Shown: positions 26,800 to 36,251, numbered from the stretch's first letter. The stretch is DNA of 41,392 nt from Bacteroidales bacterium (GCA_021740225.1 JAIPAF010000001.1:1-41392), one strand, 5' to 3'. Numbers and translations are program-made. The notes: generated by a model from the letters alone, not told the origin.

Positions 26800-26831
26800 A
26801 AAAAATCCCGCTCAATATGGCGGGATTTTTT
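26800..26831. terminator. Bidirectional rho-independent terminator between gldN (+) and manC (-)
   Basis: AAAAAATCCCGC-tcaatatg-GCGGGATTTTTT. The GC-containing core stem is 7 bp and is extended by A/T runs on both sides. Confidence 0.8.
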
Positions 26832-26848
26832 ATTGCATTCCTGTAATC

Positions 26849-27940
26849 TCAGATATATTCTTCTCCCTTGTTTTCTTTAATCTCTTCCACGATCTGCTTG
26901 ATTTCCTGCTCGTCTTTTTTATTGTAGATGATTAGCTTGTTATCCGATTCTACAACAATATAGTCTTTGAGCCCTTTAATAACAACCATCTTGTCATTTG
27001 AGAAGTCCACAATAGAGTCCTCTACATCATATAACATGACATTATTTCCGTATACAGAATTTCCATTTTCATCTTTATGCAAGAATTCCTGAAGTGAACC
27101 CCAGGTACCCAGATCAGCCCATCCAAAACTGGAAGCCAATACATAAACGTTATTTGATTTTTCCATTATCCCGTAGTCAATAGATATGCTTTTGCTTTTG
27201 AAATATATATTTGTAATAACATCCGATTCATCGGGGGTATGATAAATTTCTTCTGCTTCTTTAAAAAGTTGATCAACATCGGGAAGATGTTTGGTAAAAG
27301 CTTTCATAATGGATTGAAGGGACCAGATAAATATTCCGGAGTTCCAGAAGTACTCTCCGCTTTCGTAAAACTTCTTTGCCAGATCATAACTGGGTTTTTC
27401 CGTAAAGGTTTTTACCTTGTAAAGATTCTTATATCCATCAACTTCCTTGTTATTTTCTCTTTGGATATACCCATATCCTGTTTCGGGCCGATGAGGTTTA
27501 ATACCCAGTGTAAGTAAGGCATCGTGGTTTTCGGTAAAATCCAAACCTTCCCGGAGTATCTCAATAAATTGCTCCTCATACTGTATCAGATGATCCGACG
27601 GAGATACCACAATATTGGCTTCCGGGTTGATTTTTCGAATTTTATAATTGGCGTAGGCGATACACGGTGCTGTATTTTTCTTCTCCGGTTCCAGCAGAAT
27701 TTGATTTTCACTCAGTTCCGGAAGTTGTTCCTTAACCAGTTCATGATATATTTCGTTGGTGACAACATAAATATTTTCAACCGGGCTGATTCTGGAAAGC
27801 CTGTCGAAAGTTTGCCGTAACAATGTTCTTCCTGTCCCTAAAATATCCAAAAATTGTTTTGGCTTATTCTTGGTACTCAGAGGCCAGAACCTCGTTCCTG
27901 TGCCTCCGGCCATAATAACAGAGAATGTGTTTGATTTCAT
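26849..27940 (-). CDS. manC: Mannose-1-phosphate guanylyltransferase
   Basis: 363 aa with the N-terminal nucleotidyltransferase motif VIMAGGTGTRFWPLS, plus SPSDH and GYGYI. Confidence 0.88.
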   Translation of the reverse strand: MKSNTFSVIMAGGTGTRFWPLSTKNKPKQFLDILGTGRTLLRQTFDRLSRISPVENIYVVTNEIYHELVKEQLPELSENQILLEPEKKNTAPCIAYANYKIRKINPEANIVVSPSDHLIQYEEQFIEILREGLDFTENHDALLTLGIKPHRPETGYGYIQRENNKEVDGYKNLYKVKTFTEKPSYDLAKKFYESGEYFWNSGIFIWSLQSIMKAFTKHLPDVDQLFKEAEEIYHTPDESDVITNIYFKSKSISIDYGIMEKSNNVYVLASSFGWADLGTWGSLQEFLHKDENGNSVYGNNVMLYDVEDSIVDFSNDKMVVIKGLKDYIVVESDNKLIIYNKKDEQEIKQIVEEIKENKGEEYI

Positions 27941-27974
27941 AAGTTTTCAGTTTATTTCATTTACATTCAAAAAT

Positions 27975-28003
27975 CAAATTTAAAAGGGGTAAAATTATAG
28001 CAA
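27975..28003 (-). promoter_or_regulatory. Candidate Bacteroidota promoter for manC (TTG, 18 nt spacer, TAAATTTG on the minus strand)
   Basis: The plus-strand CAAATTTA at 27975-27982 equals TAAATTTG on the minus strand, 35 nt upstream of the ATG at 27940. TTG (plus-strand CAA) is at 28001-28003. Confidence 0.4.
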
Positions 28004-28151
28004 TTATAAACTTTCACCATGATTATTCGTTATATGATTGAAAATTATAATTAATTGGATGGGGTGGTACATCATTTGATGTTAAAATTTATTGATTTTT
28101 AAATATAGCGATTTTTTATTTAATTTGGTTAAAATAAATACACGGAAAATT

Positions 28152-31100
28152 ATGAGATTGAGATTCTTGATTTTTAGTTGGTTTATTGCTTTGATTTTGT
28201 TGGTTATCCCATCTTATTCTCTTGGTCAATATTTTGGACAGAATAAAGTAAATTATGAAAAATTTAATTTTGAAATATACGAAACTCCTCACTTTGAAAT
28301 TTATAATTATCAGGGTACTACTGATGCCATGAAAAGATTGGGTCGTCAGAGTGAACACTGGTATGACAGACATTTTGCCATTTTTAGAGATACCATTACC
28401 CAAAATCCGCTTATCGTTTATAATAATCACCCGGACTTTCAACAAACTACTGTGATCAGCGGACAAATAGGTGTGGGAACCGGAGGTGTAACTGAGGCCC
28501 TAAGAAAAAGAGCTGTCATACCTTTTATGATCTCCAACAAGGAAACAGACCACGTTCTGGGTCATGAGATGGTACACGTATTCCAGTATAACATGGTTAA
28601 GCAGAATGACACACTGGGTTTACAATCCCTTCAGAACATTCCTTTGTGGATGATCGAAGGTATGGCTGAATATTTATCCATAGGACCGGAGGACAACAAA
28701 ACGGCCATGTGGATGAGGGATGCCGTGATACATGATGATGTTCCCTCTATTCGGGAAATGACGCGTAAACCCAATGAATACTTCCCCTATCGGTACGGTC
28801 ATGCTTTTTGGTCGTTTATTACGGGTACGTGGGGAGATGCCATGGTCGAGCCGGTATTACTTGCTACTGCCAAATACGGGCTTAACAGGGCAGTGGATAG
28901 ACTGTTCGGCTTAACTACCGATAGCTTATCCACTTTATGGCAAAAATCGGTCAGGAATACTTATGAACCCTATATAAAAGAAGATACCATTAAACCTGTG
29001 GGGAGAAACATGTTTACCCCGGAAAATTCGGGAGAATTGAATTTGTCACCCGTATTAAGTCCTGATGGTAAGCATATGACTTTCATATCCAATAAGGATG
29101 TGATTACAGTGGATATCTTTATGGCCAACACGGAAGACAGGAAAATAATAAAGAAACTGACCAGTGCAGTCCGGCAGGGAGATATTGACAATTACAACTA
29201 TATCGAATCTGCAGGATCTTTTTCACCTGAAGGCGACCGATATGTAATGACTACCATCGCCAAGGGAAGAAACCGGTTGCTCATTGCCGATATAGAAGGT
29301 GACGATGTGGATGTGACGAATCAGGTCAATATAAAGGGTATTCAGGCCTTTGATAACCCCGAATGGTCCCCGGATGGAGAGAAAATACTGCTGACCGGCC
29401 TAGTTGACGGCCAAAGCGATCTGTATACCTATCATGTGAAAAGTGGCGAAATTGAACAGTTAACCGACGATCCTTATTCCGATCTCCATGCTGCCTGGTC
29501 ACCCGACGGGGAAAAAATTGCCTTCATCTCCGAAAGAGGTTCGGATACCGATTTGGAAAAGCCGGTCTATGGAAAGTACCGATTGTGCACACTGGATGTT
29601 GAGACCGGTAATGTTGAAGTATTACCTGTTTTTCCGGAAAGTGATATTTTGAGCCCTCAATTTTCTCCGGACGGTGAATCGTTATATTTCCTATCCCATG
29701 CTGATGGATATAGAAATTTGTATGAATATGAACTGGAAACGGAAGATGTTTACAGGTTGACAGAGTTTGTAACAGGAATCAGCGGTATAACTGATCTGGC
29801 TCCTGCATATAGCGTGGCAAGTGAAACCGGAGAGATTGCCTATACCCTTTATGGTAATGACAGGTATTCCGTATATATGGCCAAACCGGAAGACTTTGAC
29901 CGGGTCAGGGTTGATAAAAATCTTGCCGATGAAAGTGCTTCTATGCTACCACCCGGAAGAGAAAGGGTACTTAATATTGTTGGAAATAATCTGAAACGTC
30001 ATTCTAACCTACCTGAGACCTCCTTTAGTAAAAAATCTTATGATCCGGAGTTCCAACTGGATTATATTGGCAGTACAGGAGTGGGTGTCGGATCCAGTCA
30101 GTTCGGCACCTATGCTTCCGGAGGTGTTACCGCTCTCTGGAGTGATGTGTTGAAACGTCACCAACTGATAACCAACTTACAGGTGCAGGGTGAAATTTAC
30201 GATATAGGAGGTTATGTATCTTACCTGAATCAGGAGAACCGTTTGAACTGGGGTGGGTCTGTAAGCCACATTCCATACAGGTATTCTTATTATGCATTCG
30301 ATCCCAACGCTTCTTATGATACAGGAGAGGATACCATTGCTGTGAGTAATTTTATCATTGAGCAAACCCGGATATTCCACGACCAATTCTCATTATTCGG
30401 ACAATATCCATTATCGAAAAAACTCCGTTTTGAAGCCGGAGCCTCTATCTCAAGATACAGCTATATGATTCAGCGGATCAATAATTATTATTTAAGGGGT
30501 GTGCCGATTGATAGGGAGAAAAATCGAGTGCCCGAGCAGGAACCTGATCCTTTCTATGTTGGGAATGCGTATTTGGCTTATGTGGGCGATAATACCAATT
30601 TCGGGATTACAGGTCCCTTGGGAGGTTATCGATATCGTTTCCAGGCAGGTAAGATGTTTGCTTCTTATGATATCATCAACACCCAATTCGATTATAGAAA
30701 TTATTATTTTCAGAATCCTTTTAGTTTTGGCATTCGGGCCCTTCATTATGCCCGCTACGGACCGGATGCAAATCGGTTGTATCCTTTGTACATAGGGGAT
30801 CATTATTATGTGAGGGGCTATTCCTACAACTCTTACAACCGGGACCAAACCTATAATCCCAATTATTTAAATTTGAATTCCATGGTGGGGTCAAAAATGG
30901 GCGTGCTCAATGCCGAGGTGCGTTTGCCCTTTAGCGGCCCGGAACGATTGACCTACATACAGTCAAAATATTTTTATACCACTCTTGTTGGATTCATTGA
31001 CGGGGGGTTTGCCACCGAGGATTACAGTAATCTGGCTTTCTCCTGGGAACCCTTGCAGGATAAAAATACGCCGATTTTCAGTATGGGCTTAGCCTTACGC

Positions 31101-31208
31101 GTTAACCTATTCGGTTATGCCGTGCTAGAACCTTATGCAGCCATACCTTTCCAACGCAACGATAAAAATATTACTTTTGGGCTTTTTATAAGAGGCAGTG
31201 GTTGGTAA
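28152..31208 (+). CDS. Large secreted/outer-membrane protein: gluzincin-like HExxH peptidase domain + PD40/TolB-like beta-propeller repeats + C-terminal beta-barrel
   Basis: The ORF opens at 28092 (TTG). The ATG at 28152 gives a clean signal peptide, MRLRFLIFSWFIALILLVIPSYSLGQ. HEMVH lies at 28563-28577 and a downstream EGMAEY Glu at 28656-28658. Repeated PD40 signatures are LSPDGKHMTF, EWSPDGEKI, AWSPDGEKIAF and QFSPDGESLYF. The C-terminal third is Y/G/N-rich with alternating residues and ends in GSGW. Confidence 0.85.
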   Translation: MRLRFLIFSWFIALILLVIPSYSLGQYFGQNKVNYEKFNFEIYETPHFEIYNYQGTTDAMKRLGRQSEHWYDRHFAIFRDTITQNPLIVYNNHPDFQQTTVISGQIGVGTGGVTEALRKRAVIPFMISNKETDHVLGHEMVHVFQYNMVKQNDTLGLQSLQNIPLWMIEGMAEYLSIGPEDNKTAMWMRDAVIHDDVPSIREMTRKPNEYFPYRYGHAFWSFITGTWGDAMVEPVLLATAKYGLNRAVDRLFGLTTDSLSTLWQKSVRNTYEPYIKEDTIKPVGRNMFTPENSGELNLSPVLSPDGKHMTFISNKDVITVDIFMANTEDRKIIKKLTSAVRQGDIDNYNYIESAGSFSPEGDRYVMTTIAKGRNRLLIADIEGDDVDVTNQVNIKGIQAFDNPEWSPDGEKILLTGLVDGQSDLYTYHVKSGEIEQLTDDPYSDLHAAWSPDGEKIAFISERGSDTDLEKPVYGKYRLCTLDVETGNVEVLPVFPESDILSPQFSPDGESLYFLSHADGYRNLYEYELETEDVYRLTEFVTGISGITDLAPAYSVASETGEIAYTLYGNDRYSVYMAKPEDFDRVRVDKNLADESASMLPPGRERVLNIVGNNLKRHSNLPETSFSKKSYDPEFQLDYIGSTGVGVGSSQFGTYASGGVTALWSDVLKRHQLITNLQVQGEIYDIGGYVSYLNQENRLNWGGSVSHIPYRYSYYAFDPNASYDTGEDTIAVSNFIIEQTRIFHDQFSLFGQYPLSKKLRFEAGASISRYSYMIQRINNYYLRGVPIDREKNRVPEQEPDPFYVGNAYLAYVGDNTNFGITGPLGGYRYRFQAGKMFASYDIINTQFDYRNYYFQNPFSFGIRALHYARYGPDANRLYPLYIGDHYYVRGYSYNSYNRDQTYNPNYLNLNSMVGSKMGVLNAEVRLPFSGPERLTYIQSKYFYTTLVGFIDGGFATEDYSNLAFSWEPLQDKNTPIFSMGLALRVNLFGYAVLEPYAAIPFQRNDKNITFGLFIRGSGW

Positions 31209-31301
31209 TAATGACTATATAATTTATTATTTGGCTATTATGAACTTCCTTTTTCTTTTCAAAAATTTTTTTACATTTATCAACATAAAAAATCATCCGC
31301 T

Positions 31302-33530
31302 ATGAAATTTATTAATCTATTATTATCTGTAGTGTTGGCTTTTTCTTTTGTTAATTCTCAGGGCCAAAACCGGATAGATGATAACATATCCGGAAAGGTT
31401 GATTCTGTCATGAGTCTGATGACTCTTGAAGAGAAGATTGGTCAGCTAAATTTAATCACCGGTGAGGGTGAAGTGACCGGACCGGTGACAATGGACAGGA
31501 ATTATGTCCAGCAAATTAAAGAAGGTAATGTAGGTTCCATGTTAAATGTAAATGGATCCGAATATACCCGCCGAATACAAAAGATAGCTGTGGAACAGAC
31601 CCGTTTGGGCATACCCTTAATTTTTGGCTATGATGTGATTCACGGTTATAAAACCATTTTTCCCGTGCCTTTGGGTGAAACTGCCACGTGGGATCTTGGC
31701 ACCATAGAAAGGTCGGCCCGTATTGCTGCTGTTGAAGCAACTGCGGCAGGTCAGCACTGGACTTTTGCACCTATGATTGATATAAGCCGTGATGCCAGAT
31801 GGGGTCGCATTATGGAAGGAGCCGGTGAAGATCCCTATTTGGGTTCCAAGGTAGCTCAGGCCAGAGTAAGAGGTTTTCAGGGCAGATATTTCAATGAGAA
31901 GCATACCATGCTGGCCTGTGCAAAACATTATGTGGCCTATGGCGCTGCACGGGGAGGACGGGATTACAATACCGTGGATATGTCTATACGCAGGTTAAAG
32001 GAAACTTTTATGCCTCCATTCCGGGCTGCATTGGATGCCGAAGTGGCTACCTACATGACTTCGTTTAATGAGCTTAACGGCGTGCCTGTAACCGGGAGTA
32101 AGCGTTTTGTGAAGGATATAATAAAAGATCAGTGGAATTTCAACGGTTTTATAGTCTCCGATTGGGGTTCCATAGCAGAAATGATAGTCCACGGTATTGC
32201 CAAAGATGAATATGAAGCCGGCAATTTAGCAATGAATGCAGGAGTGGATATGGATATGGAAGGACGGATTTATATTCGGGAATTGAAAAATCTGCTGGAA
32301 GAGGGAAAAATTTCTGAAGAACAGATCAATGATGCCGTAAGAAGAATCTTGAGAAAGAAATTTGAGCTTGGGTTATTTGAAGATCCTTACAAATATTGTG
32401 ATGAAGAAAGGGAAGAAAAATTATTGCTTGCGGAGCCGCACAGGAAACACGCCAGGAATGTGGCCTCTGAATCTATGGTGTTGTTAAAAAATGAAAATGA
32501 AGTGCTTCCTTTGAGTAAGAATCTTTCGAGTGTAGCACTTATCGGCCCTTTGGTAAAAGCAGATAAGGAATATATTGGAACCTGGTCGGCTCATGGAGAA
32601 GCAAAACATGTGATTAACTCCCTGGAGGGATTTAAGAATAAACTTGGGGAAAATACCGATATTGTCTATTCCAAAGGGTGTGATATTACGGGTGAGAAGA
32701 AAGACGGATTTGCTGATGCCTTGGAAAAGGCCCGGAATGCTGAAGCTATAGTTGCGGTTGTAGGAGAGAGTGCCATGATGAGTGGCGAAGCATTGTCTCG
32801 GATGGATATTGACATTCCCGGGGTACAGAAAGAACTTATAATGGAATTGGCCGAACTTGATAAACCCCTTGTAGTGGTTTTGATGAACGGCAGGCCACTT
32901 ACCATTCCCGAAGTGGATGAGGCTGTTCCTGCTATTCTGGAAGCCTGGTTGCCGGGCACGGAAGGAGGAAATGCCATTGCCGATGTTGTTTTTGGCGATT
33001 ACAATCCGTCCGGAAAATTGCCGGTCTCGTTTCCTTATGCCGTGGGACAGATCCCTGTGAATTATGAGCATAAAAATACCGGCCGTCCGAGACAGGAGGA
33101 CGTACGGTATACTTCCAAATATATCGACGGTCCCAATCAACCTTTGTATCCTTTCGGCTATGGATTGAGCTATACTACTTTTTCTTATTCGGATATACGG
33201 CTGAGTCAGGAGAAAATCGACTTCGATGAAACCCTTCAGGTAGGTGTAACTGTTGAGAATACCGGTGACAGGGCCGGTGAAGAAGTTGTGCAGATGTATA
33301 TCCGTGATATGGTGGGGAGCGTTACCCGTCCGGTAAAAGAATTGAAAGGTTTTCGGAAAATTTTCCTCCAACCGGGTGAAGAAAAAGAAGTGACCTTTGA
33401 TATTTCCCCGGATGATCTGGCATTCTATACGAAGGATATGCAATATGAAGCCGAACCGGGTAATTTTAAAGTTTTCATAGGCACTAATTCACAGGATTTA
33501 AAAGAAAAGGGTTTCAAGCTGGTTAAATAA
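31302..33530 (+). CDS. bglX: GH3 family beta-glucosidase (periplasmic BglX-like)
   Basis: 742 aa with a signal peptide. Motifs are EEKIGQL, KHYVAYG, GFIVSDWG (nucleophile Asp region) and a C-terminal fibronectin-like domain (RPVKELKGF). Confidence 0.93.
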   Translation: MKFINLLLSVVLAFSFVNSQGQNRIDDNISGKVDSVMSLMTLEEKIGQLNLITGEGEVTGPVTMDRNYVQQIKEGNVGSMLNVNGSEYTRRIQKIAVEQTRLGIPLIFGYDVIHGYKTIFPVPLGETATWDLGTIERSARIAAVEATAAGQHWTFAPMIDISRDARWGRIMEGAGEDPYLGSKVAQARVRGFQGRYFNEKHTMLACAKHYVAYGAARGGRDYNTVDMSIRRLKETFMPPFRAALDAEVATYMTSFNELNGVPVTGSKRFVKDIIKDQWNFNGFIVSDWGSIAEMIVHGIAKDEYEAGNLAMNAGVDMDMEGRIYIRELKNLLEEGKISEEQINDAVRRILRKKFELGLFEDPYKYCDEEREEKLLLAEPHRKHARNVASESMVLLKNENEVLPLSKNLSSVALIGPLVKADKEYIGTWSAHGEAKHVINSLEGFKNKLGENTDIVYSKGCDITGEKKDGFADALEKARNAEAIVAVVGESAMMSGEALSRMDIDIPGVQKELIMELAELDKPLVVVLMNGRPLTIPEVDEAVPAILEAWLPGTEGGNAIADVVFGDYNPSGKLPVSFPYAVGQIPVNYEHKNTGRPRQEDVRYTSKYIDGPNQPLYPFGYGLSYTTFSYSDIRLSQEKIDFDETLQVGVTVENTGDRAGEEVVQMYIRDMVGSVTRPVKELKGFRKIFLQPGEEKEVTFDISPDDLAFYTKDMQYEAEPGNFKVFIGTNSQDLKEKGFKLVK

Positions 33531-34585
33531 TGAGTAAGTGTTTCTGCATTTTTCTTCTTGTGTTGATTTTATCGGGTATTCGAAGTTCCGCCCAGTACCA
33601 TTTGGTTTGGCAGGATGAATTCGATTATAATGGTCATCTTGATTCTACCAAATGGAATTATGAGACTGGCGGAGATGGTTGGGGTAATGAAGAACTTCAG
33701 TATTATACCGGAAAACGATTGAAAAATGCCCGCGTGGAAAACGGGAGGTTGATTATTGAAGCGCACAAGGAGAATTATGGTGGAAAACAATATACTTCTG
33801 CCAGGGTTACCACAACAGAGAAAGGAGACTGGACCTATGGACGGATAGAAGTCAAGGCTAAATTACCTTCGGGGAGAGGTACATGGCCTGCTATATGGAT
33901 GCTTCCCACAGAGTGGATCTATGGTGACGGGAGCTGGCCAGATAATGGTGAAATCGATATCATGGAGCATGTGGGATATAACGAGGGTGTTATCCATGGG
34001 ACCGTTCATACGGATGATTATAACCATATGGAAGGAACTCAAAAAGGGGATCAGATTTATATATCCGATGCAACATCCGCTTTTCATGTATATTCCATAG
34101 AATGGACAAAAGATAAAATACGGTGGTTTGTGGATGACGAGCAGTATTTTAGATTCATCAAGCAGGGAGATTGGAGTAAATGGCCTTTTGATCATCCTTT
34201 CCATCTGATTCTAAATGTGGCCGTTGGGGGTAGCTGGGGAGGTGTTGAAGGTGTGGATAATTCTATCTTCCCGACAAAAATGGAAATTGATTACGTGAGG
34301 GTCTATCAAAAGGAGGCGGAAACCGGTATAGACGATCAACAATCGTCTGATGAAGTGAAGATATATCCCATTCCAGTGGAGGAATTCGTGCATTTTTCTT
34401 CTTATAGGGCCATCAAAAAAATAGAAATTTTCAGTCTGACAGGGAAAGCGGTTTATAAGAATATTTTCGAGAAAGCAAAGAAACAGTGCAGGATCAATCT
34501 GAGTCATTTACCATCAGGATTATATCTGGCAAAATTCAGATTTTCGGATAATCGGGACTATACTGCAAAAATCATTAAAAATTAG
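33530..34585 (+). CDS. GH16 endo-beta-1,3-glucanase (laminarinase-like) with a T9SS C-terminal sorting domain
   Basis: 351 aa with a signal peptide. The GH16 catalytic motif is EIDIMEH (ExDxxE), plus WPAIWMLP. The last 75 aa or so (VKIYPIPVEEFVHF...IEIFSLTGKAVY...LSHLPSGLYLAKF...AKIIKN) match the type-A T9SS CTD pattern. The start overlaps the bglX stop (TAATG). Confidence 0.9.
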   Translation: MSKCFCIFLLVLILSGIRSSAQYHLVWQDEFDYNGHLDSTKWNYETGGDGWGNEELQYYTGKRLKNARVENGRLIIEAHKENYGGKQYTSARVTTTEKGDWTYGRIEVKAKLPSGRGTWPAIWMLPTEWIYGDGSWPDNGEIDIMEHVGYNEGVIHGTVHTDDYNHMEGTQKGDQIYISDATSAFHVYSIEWTKDKIRWFVDDEQYFRFIKQGDWSKWPFDHPFHLILNVAVGGSWGGVEGVDNSIFPTKMEIDYVRVYQKEAETGIDDQQSSDEVKIYPIPVEEFVHFSSYRAIKKIEIFSLTGKAVYKNIFEKAKKQCRINLSHLPSGLYLAKFRFSDNRDYTAKIIKN

Positions 34586-34663
34586 TTTTTATCATTACCA
34601 TAAAAAGCGATTTATAAGATAAAAGGTATTTAATATAATTGCTTTGATAAAGGAAAAAAGATT

Positions 34664-34697
34664 TTTGGGTTAATCTCTTGATTAATGATTATATTTG
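34664..34697 (+). promoter_or_regulatory. Candidate promoter for the MFS gene (TTTG, 22 nt spacer, TATATTTG) containing the inverted repeat TTAATC-tctt-GATTAA (34670-34685)
   Basis: TAnnTTTG at 34690-34697 lies 45 nt upstream of the ATG. The 6-4-6 inverted repeat sits between the -33 and -7 elements. Confidence 0.4.
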
Positions 34698-34741
34698 GCC
34701 AGAAAATTTTATTACTTTAAACCAAATAAAAACTCAATTTT

Positions 34742-36202
34742 ATGGCAAAATCAAAGTCTTATAACAGAGGTTATGTTATTCTGATAGCTGCAATTGCAGC
34801 GTTCGGAGGTTTACTATTTGGATTTGATACGGGTGTAATCTCCGGGGCTTTACTGCTCATTAAAGACGATCCGAATTTAGTAATTAATGGAATGACTCAG
34901 TTGCCCGAAAGGACACAGGAATGGATTGTCAGTATAACGGTTCTTGGGGCTGCAGTTGGGGCATTAAGTAGTGGCAGAATAACAGACAGTCTAGGTCGTA
35001 AGAAGGTTCTGATCATTACCGCCCTCCTTTTTGCTATAGGTTCGGTAGGTCTGGCTGCTGCCAACAGTGTTGCAGCTCTTATTATCTGGAGGGGAGTTTT
35101 AGGTATTGCTATTGGTGTTGCTTCTTATACCGTACCCCTTTACATCTCGGAAATTTCTCCCACACACGTTCGCGGAGCATTGGTCTCTATAAACCAATTG
35201 GCCATTACTGTTGGGATTTTTGTTTCTTATCTGGTTGATCTGGGTTTTGCCGACTTTGACGAGGGATGGCGCTGGATGTTCCTGGTTGGGTTGGTTCCTT
35301 CTCTCATTTTGTTCATAGGTATGTTCTTCCTGCCGGAAACCCCGAGATGGTTGATGAATTATAAAGGTGAGGATGAGGCTAAAAGAGTTCTGGATAAAGT
35401 AGGTGAGCCTAAACGAGAGGAGGTTTTAACTCAGATAAAAAGCAACATTGATAAGGAAAAGGAACAACCTGGTATTTTTAAAGTACTTGGCGCCAAATGG
35501 GTGCGTCCCGCATTAATTATTGGCGTGGGTATTATGTTTATCCAGCAGCTTACAGGGATTAATACCATCATATATTATTCTCCGACCATTTTTGAGATGG
35601 CCGGTTTTGGGGCAGAAGCAGGAGATCCTGTTTTCAATGCCATACTTCCCTCTCTTCCCATTGGTTTTGTTAACGTGCTTTTTACTATCGTATCGATTTA
35701 TTTGGTTGACCGATGGGGTAGAAAACCCTTGCTTTATCTGGGACTGATCGGTATGGTTGTAGCCCTGATCTCTCTTGGAATAGCATTTACTTTCCATGAA
35801 TCCATTGGAGGGGCTCTTAGATGGATCTCTTTTGTCAGTATGATCATCTATATTCCTTTCTTTGCCATTAGCCTTGGTCCCATTGCCTGGCTTTTAATAT
35901 CAGAAGTTTATCCTACAAAAGTACGGGGATTGGGCATGAGTATCGCTACTATGGTCAACTGGGTGGCTAACTTTTTGGTTGCCAATACATTTCTATCTCT
36001 TGGGAGAGCGGTTACCGGCACGATGCCCCATCCGGCAGATACAGGAACGCTCGTCAATCCCGGGGGAGCTTTCTTTATCTATGCAGTGATCGGCATTATA
36101 GGTCTTATTTTTGTTTACACTTATATACCTGAGACCAAGGGTCATTCACTTGAAAAAATTGAAAAGCATTTTCTTGATGGAAAGCATCCTAAGAAACTGT
36201 AG
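34742..36202 (+). CDS. Sugar porter family MFS transporter (12 TM)
   Basis: 486 aa with the sugar-porter signatures GRITDSLGRKK, LPETPRWL and PETKG. Confidence 0.9.
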   Translation: MAKSKSYNRGYVILIAAIAAFGGLLFGFDTGVISGALLLIKDDPNLVINGMTQLPERTQEWIVSITVLGAAVGALSSGRITDSLGRKKVLIITALLFAIGSVGLAAANSVAALIIWRGVLGIAIGVASYTVPLYISEISPTHVRGALVSINQLAITVGIFVSYLVDLGFADFDEGWRWMFLVGLVPSLILFIGMFFLPETPRWLMNYKGEDEAKRVLDKVGEPKREEVLTQIKSNIDKEKEQPGIFKVLGAKWVRPALIIGVGIMFIQQLTGINTIIYYSPTIFEMAGFGAEAGDPVFNAILPSLPIGFVNVLFTIVSIYLVDRWGRKPLLYLGLIGMVVALISLGIAFTFHESIGGALRWISFVSMIIYIPFFAISLGPIAWLLISEVYPTKVRGLGMSIATMVNWVANFLVANTFLSLGRAVTGTMPHPADTGTLVNPGGAFFIYAVIGIIGLIFVYTYIPETKGHSLEKIEKHFLDGKHPKKL

Positions 36203-36221
36203 CGAATGAATGCTTATAAAA

Positions 36222-36251
36222 AGGACGACACAGCTTTGTGTCGGCCTTTTT
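36222..36251. terminator. Rho-independent terminator after the MFS gene, also positioned downstream of the convergent YceI-like gene
   Basis: AGGACGACACA-gctt-TGTGTCGGCCT followed by TTTTT and preceded by AAAAA. The stem is about 10 bp with one mismatch. Confidence 0.75.

Noticed and set aside
28092-28151. TTG-initiated 20-codon N-terminal extension of the 1038-aa ORF
   Set aside because: The extension (MIFKYSDFLFNLVKINTRKI) precedes a perfectly good ATG plus signal peptide at 28152. It lies in very AT-rich promoter-like DNA, so I preferred the ATG start.
32484-33443. 319-aa ORF on the minus strand (and the 103-aa ORF at 32666-32977)
   Set aside because: It is antisense to the GH3 beta-glucosidase, whose motifs are unambiguous. 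It has no independent support.
34586-34612. TTTTTAT-7nt-ATAAAAA hairpin after the GH16 gene as a terminator
   Set aside because: The stem is all A/T and 7 bp long, with no trailing T-run. It is too weak to call.
31302-36202. Calling the GH3-GH16-MFS genes a canonical polysaccharide utilisation locus (PUL)
   Set aside because: No SusC/SusD-like pair or PUL-type regulator is present in the window, so the PUL label is not supported.
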